Below, in pieces: positions 34,820 through 43,759 of a stretch of DNA of 46,065 nucleotides (position 1 is its first letter; every line of letters starts with the position of its first letter). A program made the position numbers and the translations under genes. The stretch is from Oscillospiraceae bacterium (GTDB lineage Bacteria > Bacillota > Clostridia > Oscillospirales > CAG-272): NCBI GenBank assembly GCA_015063765.1, contig SVTN01000002.1, forward strand, positions 1-46,065, in the 5' to 3' direction. The notes beneath the pieces were generated by a model, which was not told where the DNA came from, searched no databases, and saw only the letters and a list, made by a program, of their open reading frames with translations.

Positions 34820-35677
34820 ATGCCGCTTTCCACCGTCTTATCCTGCCTTCCCTCCCGGTTAAGAGAGGAGATCACACGCACCCTCTCCTCGCCCCTTTTA
34901 CAAGGCATAAGACCTGCCGAGGTGCGTCTGCGGCAGGGGCGCATCGCCTCTCTCACCCTCTACCGCGACGGGCGGCTGTGCAATCTTCCGCTTTCCTTCG
35001 TTGCCGATGAGGACGACTTAAAAACCGCCTTTTCTCAGGCGGTCGGCGGCTCGCTGTATGCATATGAGGAGGCGATCAAGCAGGGCTACGTCACCCTCTC
35101 GGGAGGCATCCGCGTGGGCGTCGCGGGGCGCGTGTTTTGTAAGGATGCGCGCATCCTTTCTCTCACCGCCATCCATTCTCTTGTCTTCCGCCTGCCAAGC
35201 GGCAGGGCGTCGGCTGAGGCACTCTTTTCCTTTTATAAGCAAGCAAACGGTGGCATTTTGCTCTTTTCTCCTCCCGGATGCGGAAAGACCACGCTCTTAC
35301 GTGCCTTTGCCGCCAAAGCGGCGAAGGAAGAGCGGGTCGCCGTCATTGATGAACGCGAGGAGCTGTTTTGGGAAGAGGGCGCGCTTTTTATCGACCGTCT
35401 GATGGGTTACCCCAAGGCGGTGGGGGCAGAGATCGCCGTGCGCACCCTTTCCCCCGAGCTTTTGATCCTTGACGAGCTGGGGGCAAGCGAAGCGCGTGCA
35501 CTCGCTTCCCTCGTTTCCTTCGGTGTGCGCACCGTCGCCTCGGTGCACGGCGGATGTAAAGAGGAGCTTTTCAAAAACGCGGCGCTGTCGCCCCTCTTTC
35601 GTGCGGGCATCTTTTCCCATCTTTGGGACGTCCGCCAACACCGCGCGTTTTCCGTTTCGGATGAGGTGCCCTTATGA
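34820..35677 (+). CDS. spoIIIAA: Stage III sporulation protein AA (ATPase)
   Basis: 285 aa with Walker A SPPGCGKTT and Walker B LILDELG. It is the first gene of an eight-gene collinear set. Confidence 0.85.
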   Translation: MPLSTVLSCLPSRLREEITRTLSSPLLQGIRPAEVRLRQGRIASLTLYRDGRLCNLPLSFVADEDDLKTAFSQAVGGSLYAYEEAIKQGYVTLSGGIRVGVAGRVFCKDARILSLTAIHSLVFRLPSGRASAEALFSFYKQANGGILLFSPPGCGKTTLLRAFAAKAAKEERVAVIDEREELFWEEGALFIDRLMGYPKAVGAEIAVRTLSPELLILDELGASEARALASLVSFGVRTVASVHGGCKEELFKNAALSPLFRAGIFSHLWDVRQHRAFSVSDEVPL

Positions 35678-36150
35678 GAACGCTGTGCGGTGCGCTTCTC
35701 TGGTCGCTCTTTCTCCTGCTCGCGCTTGTCTTGCACGGAAGAGCAGAACAAAAGCGGCTTGCCGAGTATAAAGCCCTCTGTCACCTGGTCGCCCACATCA
35801 AAAGCACCCTGCTCCAAGCGCCCGTTCCTCTTCCCACCGTCTACGCCGAGTTTTCGGATGGGGCACTCGAGGGGAGCACGTTTCTCTCCGTTTTACGGGA
35901 AAGAGGACTTTCCTCTGCCCTCAGGGAGGGCGGTCTTTCTCTCGACGGGGAGGAGCTGACCCCTTTCACGGAATATGCCGAGGCGCTCGGGCGGCGGCTG
36001 TACACCGAGGAGCTTGCGGCGGCGGACGCACTTCTTGCCCGTGTCACCGCTCTCCTCTCCCAAAAGGAAGCGGCGCTTCCCGTGCGGCGAAGGCTGACGG
36101 GCACCCTCTTTTTTTCGGGCGGAATGCTTCTTTTGCTTCTGCTCCTCTAA
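35674..36150 (+). CDS. spoIIIAB: Stage III sporulation protein AB
   Basis: 158 aa with an N-terminal TM segment. Its position and size fit SpoIIIAB, and its start overlaps the AA stop. Confidence 0.75.
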   Translation: MRTLCGALLWSLFLLLALVLHGRAEQKRLAEYKALCHLVAHIKSTLLQAPVPLPTVYAEFSDGALEGSTFLSVLRERGLSSALREGGLSLDGEELTPFTEYAEALGRRLYTEELAAADALLARVTALLSQKEAALPVRRRLTGTLFFSGGMLLLLLLL

Positions 36151-36172
36151 TTTCAAAAGAAAGGAAGAAAAA

Positions 36173-36367
36173 ATGGACGTTTCCCTGCTTTTGCGTGTTG
36201 CGGGCGTCGGCATGCTGGTCGCGGTCAGCTGTCAGGTGCTCTCAAAATCGGGAAAGGACGAGCAAGCCCTGCTTCTTACCCTCACAGGCATGGTTCTTGT
36301 TCTCATCATGCTTGTCGGTCAGATCGGAGAGCTGATCACGGCGGTGCGGACGGTGTTCGGGCTGTGA
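36173..36367 (+). CDS. spoIIIAC: Stage III sporulation protein AC
   Basis: A 64-aa two-TM protein, MDVSLLLRVAGVGMLVAV..VLSKSGKDEQALLLTL. Confidence 0.85.
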   Translation: MDVSLLLRVAGVGMLVAVSCQVLSKSGKDEQALLLTLTGMVLVLIMLVGQIGELITAVRTVFGL

Positions 36368-36744
36368 GCCTGCTTACAACGCTGGGGGTGGGCGTGCTCA
36401 CCGCCGTGTCGGCGCTTTTGCTTCGAGAGCTAAAAAGTCCGATCGCCCCCCTCTTCACCCTCTCGGGCGGACTTATTTTGCTCCTTTCCCTTCTTCCGCG
36501 CCTGTCCCCTATCATCGCATGGGCGGAAACACTTGCAGGCAGTCTGCCTGCCGTGGTCGGGGAAACGGTGGGAAAGGTGCTTGCCGCAGGGCTGCTCACC
36601 GCCATCGGGGCAGAAACCTGCGCGGAGCTCGGCGCGCCTACGCTCGGCACAAGGCTTGCTCTTGCAGGCAAGCTTGAGATCATGCTGCTCTCCCTTCCGC
36701 TTCTCAAGGAGCTCTTTGTGCGCGTGGAGGCGCTCCTTTCATGA
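36364..36744 (+). CDS. spoIIIAD: Stage III sporulation protein AD
   Basis: A 126-aa polytopic protein. GTG start overlaps the AC stop. Confidence 0.8.
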   Translation: MSLLTTLGVGVLTAVSALLLRELKSPIAPLFTLSGGLILLLSLLPRLSPIIAWAETLAGSLPAVVGETVGKVLAAGLLTAIGAETCAELGAPTLGTRLALAGKLEIMLLSLPLLKELFVRVEALLS

Positions 36745-37841
36745 AACGGGCGGTGCTTGTTCTTTTCACGGTCGCTTTGCTTCTTCTCCTTCCTCTTACG
36801 GTCAAGGCAGAGCAAACGCCCGCCGAGCGTTTAGAGGAAACGACCAAAACGGGGCTCTCTTCTCTTCTCCCCGATGCGGCAAAACCCATTCTGCCCGACC
36901 CCACCGACACCCAAGCGCTTGACCGCGCGCTCGGCTTCAAAAGCATTTTCGCGCTTTTCAGCGAAACGGTAAGAAATGAGGGCGACTCGCTTTCGGGCAG
37001 AATGCTCGCCTTGCTTGCCGTCACGCTGCTCTTCGGCGCCCTCTCGCTTTTCACGGGAAATTCAGCCGTATCGGTCTTTATGCAGGGAGCCGCCGCCCTC
37101 GCCTTTTTCTCCCTGCTCTACGACAGCTGTGAGCGCATTCTCGGCTTTTTCTCCGATCTTACGGGGCTTGTGTCGGGGCTCTCCCCCTTGCTTGCCGCGC
37201 TGTTTGCCGCAGCTGGCGGCACGGCGACCGCCACGGTGGCGAGCGGCGGATTTGCCTCCTTTCTTTCGGTTTTGACCCTCTTTTCCACCACCCTGCTCCC
37301 GCCGATCTTGCGCGTCCTCTTTGCCCTCGCTTTGCTCTCCGCTCTCGGCAACCACACCCTTATCCGCGAGCTTTCAAGGCGCATTTCGGGGTATGCGGTG
37401 CTCTTCTTTTCGGTCATATCCATGCTTCTTCTCGCCTCCCTTGCCTTTCAAAGCGCACTCGCCTCCTCTGCCGACTCGGTCGCCCTGCGTACCGTCAAAT
37501 ACACCGCATCCTCTGCCATTCCCCTCGTCGGTGGGACGCTTTCGGGCGCACTCGGTGCCCTCTCGGCATCGGTTTCCTTATTAAAATCCACCCTCGGCGG
37601 CACCGCCGTCATCGCCCTTTTGGCACTCCTGCTTCCGCCGCTCGTCGAGGTGTTTCTTTTGCGCTTTGCCCTCTCCCTCTCGGAAAGCATCGCCACCCTT
37701 ACAGAAGCGTCCGCCCTGAAGGAGATCGTCGCGCGCTTCAAGGGGATCATGGACCTTTCCCTCGCCGCGCTCGTGACCGTTTCTCTTCTGTTTTTACTGA
37801 TGCTGGGTGTCCTCGTCGGGCTCTCGCCGCTTGGAGGATAA
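36741..37841 (+). CDS. spoIIIAE: Stage III sporulation protein AE
   Basis: 366 aa, with a signal peptide followed by multiple TM segments and typical position in the operon. Confidence 0.8.
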   Translation: MKRAVLVLFTVALLLLLPLTVKAEQTPAERLEETTKTGLSSLLPDAAKPILPDPTDTQALDRALGFKSIFALFSETVRNEGDSLSGRMLALLAVTLLFGALSLFTGNSAVSVFMQGAAALAFFSLLYDSCERILGFFSDLTGLVSGLSPLLAALFAAAGGTATATVASGGFASFLSVLTLFSTTLLPPILRVLFALALLSALGNHTLIRELSRRISGYAVLFFSVISMLLLASLAFQSALASSADSVALRTVKYTASSAIPLVGGTLSGALGALSASVSLLKSTLGGTAVIALLALLLPPLVEVFLLRFALSLSESIATLTEASALKEIVARFKGIMDLSLAALVTVSLLFLLMLGVLVGLSPLGG

Positions 37842-37844
37842 GGG

Positions 37845-38297
37845 ATGGAATTTTTAAAAACACTTTGCACCGTCGCGGCGCTTTTATCGCTCGCCCTGCT
37901 TTTTGTTCCCGAAAAGCAGGAGATCCGTCGTGCCGCCTATACCGCCTTTTCCCTTCTCCTTTTGCTGTTTCTCATCCCCAAGGACGGCTCCTTCGAGCTT
38001 CCGGATCTAATCTCCTTCGAGGATGCGGGCGATCTTCCCACCGAGGATATTTACGGCGAAACGCTGAAGGACGCTGTTGCGGCAGGCATCAAAAGCGATC
38101 TCTCTTCTCACTTTTCCTTGGTGAGCGACGGCGTCCTGATCGACACAGACCTCGCCCCGAGTGAGGAGGGCTTTGAGGGGACGTATCTCTCCGTCACCCT
38201 TTCAAGGGAAAACTTCTTCGCCGACGTGACAAGCCTGCTTCGCTATTTAAAAAACACCTATCCCGTAGATTGTGAGGTGCATTTTCTTGGATCTTAA
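37845..38297 (+). CDS. spoIIIAF: Stage III sporulation protein AF
   Basis: 150 aa with two N-terminal TM segments, at the expected position. Confidence 0.7.
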   Translation: MEFLKTLCTVAALLSLALLFVPEKQEIRRAAYTAFSLLLLLFLIPKDGSFELPDLISFEDAGDLPTEDIYGETLKDAVAAGIKSDLSSHFSLVSDGVLIDTDLAPSEEGFEGTYLSVTLSRENFFADVTSLLRYLKNTYPVDCEVHFLGS

Positions 38298-38745
38298 ACG
38301 AATCTTGTCGGTAGTCGCAAAAAACCGACTGCTCTTTTTCCTCGGCGTCGCAGGGCTGGTGCTGCTCCTTTTTACGGGCATCACCCCCGAGGAAAAGACC
38401 GCCGTCAACCCCCTCGAAGCGGCAGAGAGCTACCGCCTTTCCTTAGAAAAGGATATCGCCGCGGCATGCGAGAGCGTCAAGGGAGTGGGGAGCGTGCGGG
38501 TGCTTTTGTCGCTCGCTACCACCGAGATCGCCGTCTATGAGAAAAACCAAAGCGGCGACAGCCAAACGCTCGCCCTTTCGGGGGGTGACGGCATGCTCCT
38601 TTGCTATCGCATGCCCGAGATCGCAGGCGTTTCCGTCGTCTGTACGGGCGGCGGAAGCCCGACGGTGAAGCAGGAGCTGACCTCTCTTCTATGCAAGTCG
38701 CTTGACATTCCCTCCACCGCCGTACATATTGCCCCTCTCAAATAG
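38272..38745 (+). CDS. spoIIIAG: Stage III sporulation protein AG
   Basis: 157 aa (start uncertain). It has one TM segment, then VKGVGSVRVLLSL...EIAGVSVVCTGG, typical of the AG ring-forming domain. Confidence 0.75.
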   Translation: MRCIFLDLKRILSVVAKNRLLFFLGVAGLVLLLFTGITPEEKTAVNPLEAAESYRLSLEKDIAAACESVKGVGSVRVLLSLATTEIAVYEKNQSGDSQTLALSGGDGMLLCYRMPEIAGVSVVCTGGGSPTVKQELTSLLCKSLDIPSTAVHIAPLK

Positions 38746-38814
38746 AAAATCAGTTCTATAAAAAGAAACCCACGCATAAAATGAAGTGTCAAACAAAGAA
38801 CGGAGGAAAATCCT

Positions 38815-39363
38815 ATGGCAAAAATCAAATTTAAGGGAGAAGACGGCATCTTCTCCAAGATCGGCAAACGGAATCTTTTGATTCTCTGCGCAGTCCTGTT
38901 GATCGGCGGCGCCGTGGTGCTCAATTATTTTCTCTTTAGCGGTCAAGACAAGGTCGATTACGACGGCTCGGGTATGACCGATGCAGAGCCCGATGGCGAA
39001 AGCACCCCCACGACGGACACCTATTTCTCTGCCGCACTGCTCTCGCGCGACCAGGCAAGGGACGAAGCCCTCGCCGTATTGCAGACGGTGCTTGACAGTG
39101 AAGACGCCTTGGAAGAAACCAAAACGCAGGCACTCACCGACATCTCTCGCATCGCGCTTGAGATCGAGAAGGAAGCCAACATCGAATCACTCATCCGCGC
39201 ACGCGGATTTGAGGATTGCATCGCCGTCCTCTCGGGCGAAAACGCCAGCATCATCGTCAAGTCCGAAACCGAGCTTCTGCAAAACCACGTGGCACAGATC
39301 AGCGAGATCGTCTACGAGCAAGCAGGTGTGCTTCCCGCAAACGTCAAGATTATTTGTAAATAA
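38815..39363 (+). CDS. spoIIIAH: Stage III sporulation protein AH
   Basis: 182 aa, with an N-terminal TM segment and the C-terminal domain FSAALLSRDQARDEAL...IESLIRARGFEDCIAVL. Confidence 0.8.
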   Translation: MAKIKFKGEDGIFSKIGKRNLLILCAVLLIGGAVVLNYFLFSGQDKVDYDGSGMTDAEPDGESTPTTDTYFSAALLSRDQARDEALAVLQTVLDSEDALEETKTQALTDISRIALEIEKEANIESLIRARGFEDCIAVLSGENASIIVKSETELLQNHVAQISEIVYEQAGVLPANVKIICK

Positions 39364-39380
39364 GTCTTTACATTATGAAG

Positions 39381-39413
39381 GAGAGGACGGAGTATTTCCG
39401 TCCTCCTTTTTTT
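39381..39413 (+). terminator. spoIIIA operon terminator
   Basis: GAGGACGG / CCGTCCTC stem followed by a T7 run. Confidence 0.75.
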
Positions 39414-39432
39414 AAAAATATCTTTATATTTA

Positions 39433-39461
39433 TTGACATTCTGCCTGCTTTGTGCTACAAT
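39433..39461 (+). promoter_or_regulatory. asd promoter
   Basis: TTGACA (39433-39438), a 17-nt spacer, then TACAAT (39456-39461). Confidence 0.55.
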
Positions 39462-39495
39462 GGCTCTATGAAATGTGTAATAAGGAGACTTTGCT

Positions 39496-40578
39496 ATGGA
39501 AAAGTTAAAGGTCGGCATTATCGGTGCAACCGGTATGGTCGGTCAGCGTTTCATCACGCTGCTTGAAAATCACCCCTATTTTGAGATCGCCGCACTCATC
39601 GCCTCCCCCCGTTCGGCGGGTAAGAGCTATACCGAGGCAGTCGGAGAGCGTTGGAAGCTTGCTGCTCCCATGCCCGAGTGCGTAAAAAATATGACCGTCA
39701 TCTCCTCGGAGGAGATCGACCGCGTGGCGTCGCTCGTGGACTTCGTTTTCTGCGCTGTCGATATGAAGAAGCCCGACATCCTCGCCCTTGAGGAGGCATA
39801 CGCCAAGGCAGAGGTTCCCGTCGTTTCCAACAACTCGGCAAACCGCTGGACGCCCGACGTTCCCATGGTCATTCCCGAGATCAACGACGCACATCTTGCT
39901 GTGATCGATGCGCAGAGAGCGCGTCTTGGCACGAAGCGCGGCTTTATCGCCGTCAAGCCCAACTGCTCCATCCAGAGCTACGTTCCCGCCCTCACGCCCC
40001 TTTTGAAGTTCAAGCCCAAGGTCGTCGTCGCCACCACCTATCAGGCGATCAGCGGCGCAGGCAAGACCTTCCGCGAATGGCCTGAGATGATCGACAACGT
40101 CATTCCCTTCATCGGCGGTGAGGAGGAAAAGAGCGAGAAGGAGCCCCTCCGCGTTTGGGGTGAGGTCAAGGATGGCGTGATCGTTCCCGCCGCTTCCCCC
40201 ATCATCACCTCGCAGTGCATCCGCGTTCCCGTCACCGACGGTCATACTGCCGCTGTGTTCGTAAGCTTTGAAGAAAAGCCCACCAAGGAAGAGATCCTTG
40301 AGGCTTGGAAGAGCTTTAAGGGCAAGCCCCAGACTCTGGGCCTTCCCTCCGCACCCGAGCAGTTCATCACCTACTTTGAGGAAGATAACCGTCCCCAAGC
40401 GAAGCTTGACCGCGATCTTTACGGCGGTATGGGCGTATCGGTCGGAAGATTGCGCGAGGATACCGTATACGACTATAAGTTTGTCGGTCTTTCGCACAAC
40501 ACCCTGCGCGGTGCCGCAGGCGGTGCGGTGCTGATCGCAGAGCTCCTCTACAGAGAAGGCTACATCACCAAGAAATAA
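39496..40578 (+). CDS. asd: Aspartate-semialdehyde dehydrogenase
   Basis: 360 aa with GIIGATGMVGQRF, the active-site region KPNCSIQ, and GLSHNTLRGAAGGAV. Confidence 0.9.
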   Translation: MEKLKVGIIGATGMVGQRFITLLENHPYFEIAALIASPRSAGKSYTEAVGERWKLAAPMPECVKNMTVISSEEIDRVASLVDFVFCAVDMKKPDILALEEAYAKAEVPVVSNNSANRWTPDVPMVIPEINDAHLAVIDAQRARLGTKRGFIAVKPNCSIQSYVPALTPLLKFKPKVVVATTYQAISGAGKTFREWPEMIDNVIPFIGGEEEKSEKEPLRVWGEVKDGVIVPAASPIITSQCIRVPVTDGHTAAVFVSFEEKPTKEEILEAWKSFKGKPQTLGLPSAPEQFITYFEEDNRPQAKLDRDLYGGMGVSVGRLREDTVYDYKFVGLSHNTLRGAAGGAVLIAELLYREGYITKK

Positions 40579-40584
40579 TTTCGG

Positions 40585-40618
40585 TATGGAAGCGGCTGCC
40601 GCCGCTTCCATATTTTTT
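40585..40618 (+). terminator. asd terminator
   Basis: TATGGAAGCGGC / GCCGCTTCCATA stem followed by a T6 run. Confidence 0.8.
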
Positions 40619-40706
40619 GCATTGCGCGAAAAGTGTCGACATGGTATAATATCTCCGTTGAGAAAAACGCACCCCGTTTCTCTCAAATTCATCAAAGGAG
40701 GTATTT

Positions 40707-41606
40707 ATGCCAAAAATCCAAAAAAGGCGAAGACGGCTGCTTTGTGTCACCGCCTGCGCCCTTCTCTTCTGTTTTCTGTCACTCCCTGCAGGGGCAGCAC
40801 AGATCTCCCGCTATCCCGATAAGATCGGCGATATCACCGTCACCCGCTACGCCGCCGTTCCCATATACACGGATACGGGCGAGCGTCTTCCCGTGGACGG
40901 TCGGCTGATCCAATCGACCACCTATCTGCCCTTACGGAGCTTCTTCGAGCGGTATGCGAAGGATGCTCGGCTTACATATTATGCCGATATCCGCACCGCA
41001 GAATTAAGAGGCGAGGGGCTCACCGTTTCGGCGCGTGACGGCTCGCATATCCTGTACGCCAACGGAAGATGCCTTTACGCAGATACCCCCATCCGCATTC
41101 TTTCGGACGGCACGATGTACGTCCCCATCCGCATGCTCGCCAAGGTCTTGTCGCTTGACGTCCTTTGGAGCGAAAAATACCGCTCCGTCACCCTCTCGGG
41201 CACACCCACGCCGCTTGTGAACGGGGCGACCTACTATAGCGAGGAGGATCTGTATTGGCTCTCCCGCATCATCTCCGCCGAAGCGAGAGGCGAGCCCTTT
41301 ATCGGACAGGTTGCCGTCGGCAATGTGGTCTTGAACCGCAAAGCGCACAAGGCGTACCCAAATACCGTCAAGGGGGTCATCTTTGACAGACAGGGCGGCA
41401 TCGTACAGTTTTCCCCCGTTGCGGACGGCTCTCTTTACCAAAAGCCCTACGCCACCTCCGTCACCGCGGCGAAGGTCGCCCTTGAGGGCTACACCGTTTC
41501 CGACCGCATTCTGTTCTTCTATGCGCCGTCGATGGTCACCTCGACCTGGATCGAGCGCAACCGTCCTTATGCCTTTACCATCGCAGGACACAAATTTTTC
41601 TATTAA
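40707..41606 (+). CDS. Secreted cell-wall hydrolase (SleB/CwlJ Hydrolase_2 domain) with a copper-amine-oxidase-like N-terminal domain
   Basis: 299 aa with a signal peptide. The stalk domain reads YLPLRSFFE...MYVPIRMLAKVLSLDV. The catalytic part reads LSRIISAEARGEPFIGQVAVGNVVLNR...IVQFSPV. Confidence 0.8.
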   Translation: MPKIQKRRRRLLCVTACALLFCFLSLPAGAAQISRYPDKIGDITVTRYAAVPIYTDTGERLPVDGRLIQSTTYLPLRSFFERYAKDARLTYYADIRTAELRGEGLTVSARDGSHILYANGRCLYADTPIRILSDGTMYVPIRMLAKVLSLDVLWSEKYRSVTLSGTPTPLVNGATYYSEEDLYWLSRIISAEARGEPFIGQVAVGNVVLNRKAHKAYPNTVKGVIFDRQGGIVQFSPVADGSLYQKPYATSVTAAKVALEGYTVSDRILFFYAPSMVTSTWIERNRPYAFTIAGHKFFY

Positions 41607-41614
41607 AAACGATC

Positions 41615-41646
41615 GACCGACGCCGTTTGGCGTCGGTCATTTTATA
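41615..41646 (+). terminator. Terminator
   Basis: GACCGACGCC / GGCGTCGGTC stem with a GTTT loop, followed by ATTTTAT. Confidence 0.7.
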
Positions 41647-41724
41647 TATTGACTTTCTTTACAAAAAGTGGTATAATATCCGTTGGGGACATCCCTCTAT
41701 TCCAAACCGAAAGGAAAAAATATC

Positions 41725-42276
41725 ATGATATACAAATTAAAGGTCGCAGGCGTTGAAAGAGATCTTACCCTTTGCCCCATCAGCGAGAGGCTGATGATCG
41801 CGGGCTTTGTCATGCTTGGCGATACCGAGCTGACCGAGGCATGCGCCGAGGCGCTTTGCCCCATGCTTCCCGCACACGACGTGCTCATCACGGCGGAGGC
41901 GAAGGGCATTCCGCTCATCTGCGCCATGGCAAGACGCCTCGGTGAAGACCGCTACATCGTCGCACGCAAAAAGCCCAAGCTGTATATGAAGGAGCTTCTC
42001 AAGTGTGAGGTTTCCTCCATCACCACCGAGGGCAGTCAATGCCTCTACCTCGACGGTAGCGATGCTGAACTGATGCGCGGTAAGCGCGTCGTCATCGTGG
42101 ACGACGTCATTTCGACGGGTCAGTCGCTCCACGCGCTGGAGGAGCTTGTCAAGATGGCAGGCGGTCAGATCGTCGCAAAGGTCGCCGTGCTTGCTGAGGG
42201 AAAAGCCATCGAGCGTGACGATATCCGTTATCTCGCTCCCCTTCCTCTCTTTGACAGCGAAGGAAATCCGCTCTAA
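41725..42276 (+). CDS. Type I phosphoribosyltransferase (adenine/purine PRT-like)
   Basis: In-frame ATG 41725 (MIYKLKVAG) with AAAGGAAAA upstream. PRPP-binding motif is VVIVDDVISTGQS. Confidence 0.7.
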   Translation: MIYKLKVAGVERDLTLCPISERLMIAGFVMLGDTELTEACAEALCPMLPAHDVLITAEAKGIPLICAMARRLGEDRYIVARKKPKLYMKELLKCEVSSITTEGSQCLYLDGSDAELMRGKRVVIVDDVISTGQSLHALEELVKMAGGQIVAKVAVLAEGKAIERDDIRYLAPLPLFDSEGNPL

Positions 42277-42293
42277 AAATTTTCATTAGGGGC

Positions 42294-42322
42294 TTGACAA
42301 ACGGCAAAGAGGGTGTTATAAT
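42294..42322 (+). promoter_or_regulatory. Promoter of the TPP riboswitch-thiT unit
   Basis: TTGACA (42294-42299), a 17-nt spacer, then TATAAT (42317-42322). Confidence 0.6.
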
Positions 42323-42354
42323 ACCCTCGGTACCAAGCAAAGAAGCCACAACCG

Positions 42355-42445
42355 AATAAAGTCAGGGGTGTCCGCGAAAGCGGGCTGAGACGGAATACCG
42401 AACCCTTTAACCTGATACGGATCATGCCGGCGTAGGGAGACGAGT
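42355..42445 (+). promoter_or_regulatory. TPP (THI-box) riboswitch aptamer
   Basis: AGGGGTG..GCGGGCTGAGA....ACCCTTTAACCTGATACGGATCATGCCGGCGTAGGGA. This matches the conserved THI-element cores (GGGGUG, CUGAGA, ACCUGAU, GCGUAGGGA). Confidence 0.9.
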
Positions 42446-42452
42446 TATATCG

Positions 42453-42492
42453 AAAACCACACGACTTTTTTCCGTGTGGTTTTCTTTGTTTT
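42453..42492 (+). terminator. Riboswitch expression-platform terminator
   Basis: AAAACCACACG / CGTGTGGTTTT stem followed by CTTTGTTTT, lying between the aptamer and the thiT RBS. Confidence 0.75.
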
Positions 42493-42545
42493 GCGGTGGG
42501 GACGCCCCCGCACCAAAAAAACGATATGACAAAAGGAGACTTCTT

Positions 42546-43145
42546 ATGAGAACCAAGACACCCAACCTTGCGCGTACCGCCATTCTCGTGGCGCTCGCCG
42601 TCGCCCTTTCCTTTGCAAAGCTTTGGAAGATGCCGCTCGGCGGCTCCGTCACCCTCGGCTCTATGCTTCCCATCATGCTCATCTCGCTTGCCCTCGGCAT
42701 CAAGTGGGGACTTGCGGGAAGCACCGTTTTTGCCCTGTTTCAGCTCGTGCAGGCACTCATTGAGGGAAATGTGTTCCCCTATTGCGAAACAGGCGCGACG
42801 CTGGTTATTTGCGTGCTTTTCGACTATGTTTGCCCCTTTATCGCCATCGGTCTTGCAGGACTGTTCCGCAAGCTGCGTGTAGGACGCTTCCGCCACTTTG
42901 GTGCCTACCTTGGCATCGTCCTCGTGTGCGTCTTCCGCTTTGCCTGCCACTATATCACAGGTGTCGCCATTTGGGGACAGTGGGCACCCGACGGCATGGG
43001 AAAATACCTCTACTCCCTTCTGTACAACGGCGGATACATGCTCCCCGAGCTTGGCATCTCTCTCGTTTTGGCGGCACTTCTGCTCGAAAGCCCTGAGATC
43101 CGCAAGCTGATCAACCTCGAGGTGGACCGCGATCTTTTGGCGTAA
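42546..43145 (+). CDS. thiT: Thiamine ECF-transporter S component ThiT
   Basis: In-frame ATG 42546 with AAAGGAGA upstream. It is a 6-TM protein with GLAGLFRK and CHYITGVAIWGQW, resembling ThiT (GIAGLFR, HFIAGIIFW). It sits downstream of the TPP riboswitch. Confidence 0.8.
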   Translation: MRTKTPNLARTAILVALAVALSFAKLWKMPLGGSVTLGSMLPIMLISLALGIKWGLAGSTVFALFQLVQALIEGNVFPYCETGATLVICVLFDYVCPFIAIGLAGLFRKLRVGRFRHFGAYLGIVLVCVFRFACHYITGVAIWGQWAPDGMGKYLYSLLYNGGYMLPELGISLVLAALLLESPEIRKLINLEVDRDLLA

Positions 43146-43149
43146 ACCT

Positions 43150-43178
43150 CTTGCATTTTTAAAAAAGATATGCTACAA
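43150..43178 (+). promoter_or_regulatory. rnpB promoter
   Basis: TTGCAT (43150-43155), a 17-nt spacer, then TACAAT (43173-43178). Confidence 0.55.
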
Positions 43179-43184
43179 TAGGAA

Positions 43185-43558
43185 CGCAACAAGGCTGCGC
43201 GATCGCGCTATATTATGCCGAAAGGTCGTATAGCGAGGAAAGTCCGGGCTTCACAGGACAGGATAACGGATAACGTCCGCCGAGGGTGACCTCAGGAACA
43301 GTGCAACAGAAATAAACCGCCGCGCAAGCGGTAAGGATGGAAAGGCGAGGTAAGAGCTCACCATCCCCTTGGTAACAAGGGGAGTCATGTAAACTCTATC
43401 CGAAGCAACGCCGTAGGGGCGGGCGCAAGCCCGGCGGTTGTCCGCCGTACTCCCCCTTGGGCGGCAACGCGCAAGCGTAAGCCATGCGGTAACGCAGGGC
43501 GAAGATAGATGATCGCGGCCCGCAAGGGCACAGAACCCGGCTTATATGCCTTTGTTGC
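43185..43558 (+). ncRNA. rnpB: RNase P RNA, bacterial type A
   Basis: It contains GAGGAAAGTCCGGGC, AGTGCAACAGAAA, GGTAAGAGC.CACC, GTAAAC.C and the 3' ACAGAACCCGGCTTA. P1 pairs GCAACAAGGC (43185-43194) with GCCTTTGTTGC (43548-43558). The ends are good to about +/-5 nt. Confidence 0.9.
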
Positions 43559-43559
43559 T

Positions 43560-43589
43560 GCCCCGCAATCCTGCGGGGCAATTTTATTT
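43560..43589 (+). terminator. rnpB terminator
   Basis: GCCCCGCA / TGCGGGGC stem followed by AATTTTATTT. Confidence 0.7.
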
Positions 43590-43691
43590 GCGAAAGCAAA
43601 TAAAATATCACTCGGCGCACAGCGGCAATATCACGCTTTGCGAAGCGAAGCATATCACAAATTTCATGCGCACGGCGCATTTCATCCAACC

Positions 43692-43752
43692 AAAAACGCC
43701 ACGGTTTAGCGTGTTCTCCGTTAAGGATAACACGCTAAACCGTGGCGTTTTT
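43692..43752. terminator. Long bidirectional terminator hairpin
   Basis: A perfect 24-bp stem, AAAAACGCCACGGTTTAGCGTGTT / AACACGCTAAACCGTGGCGTTTTT, with a 13-nt loop. It lies just after the stop of the lipid kinase gene. Confidence 0.75.
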
Positions 43753-43759
43753 CTAATAC

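Noticed and set aside
38746-38814. Possible internal sigma-E-type promoter before spoIIIAH (CATAAAAT)
   Set aside because: The spacing to the nearest -35-like ATA is 14 nt, not the ~16 nt I expect, and the -35 match is poor. Evidence is insufficient.
39505-40695. 396-aa minus-strand ORF
   Set aside because: It is antisense to asd.
42273-42950. 225-aa minus-strand ORF
   Set aside because: It runs antisense through thiT and the TPP riboswitch, and its product has no features.
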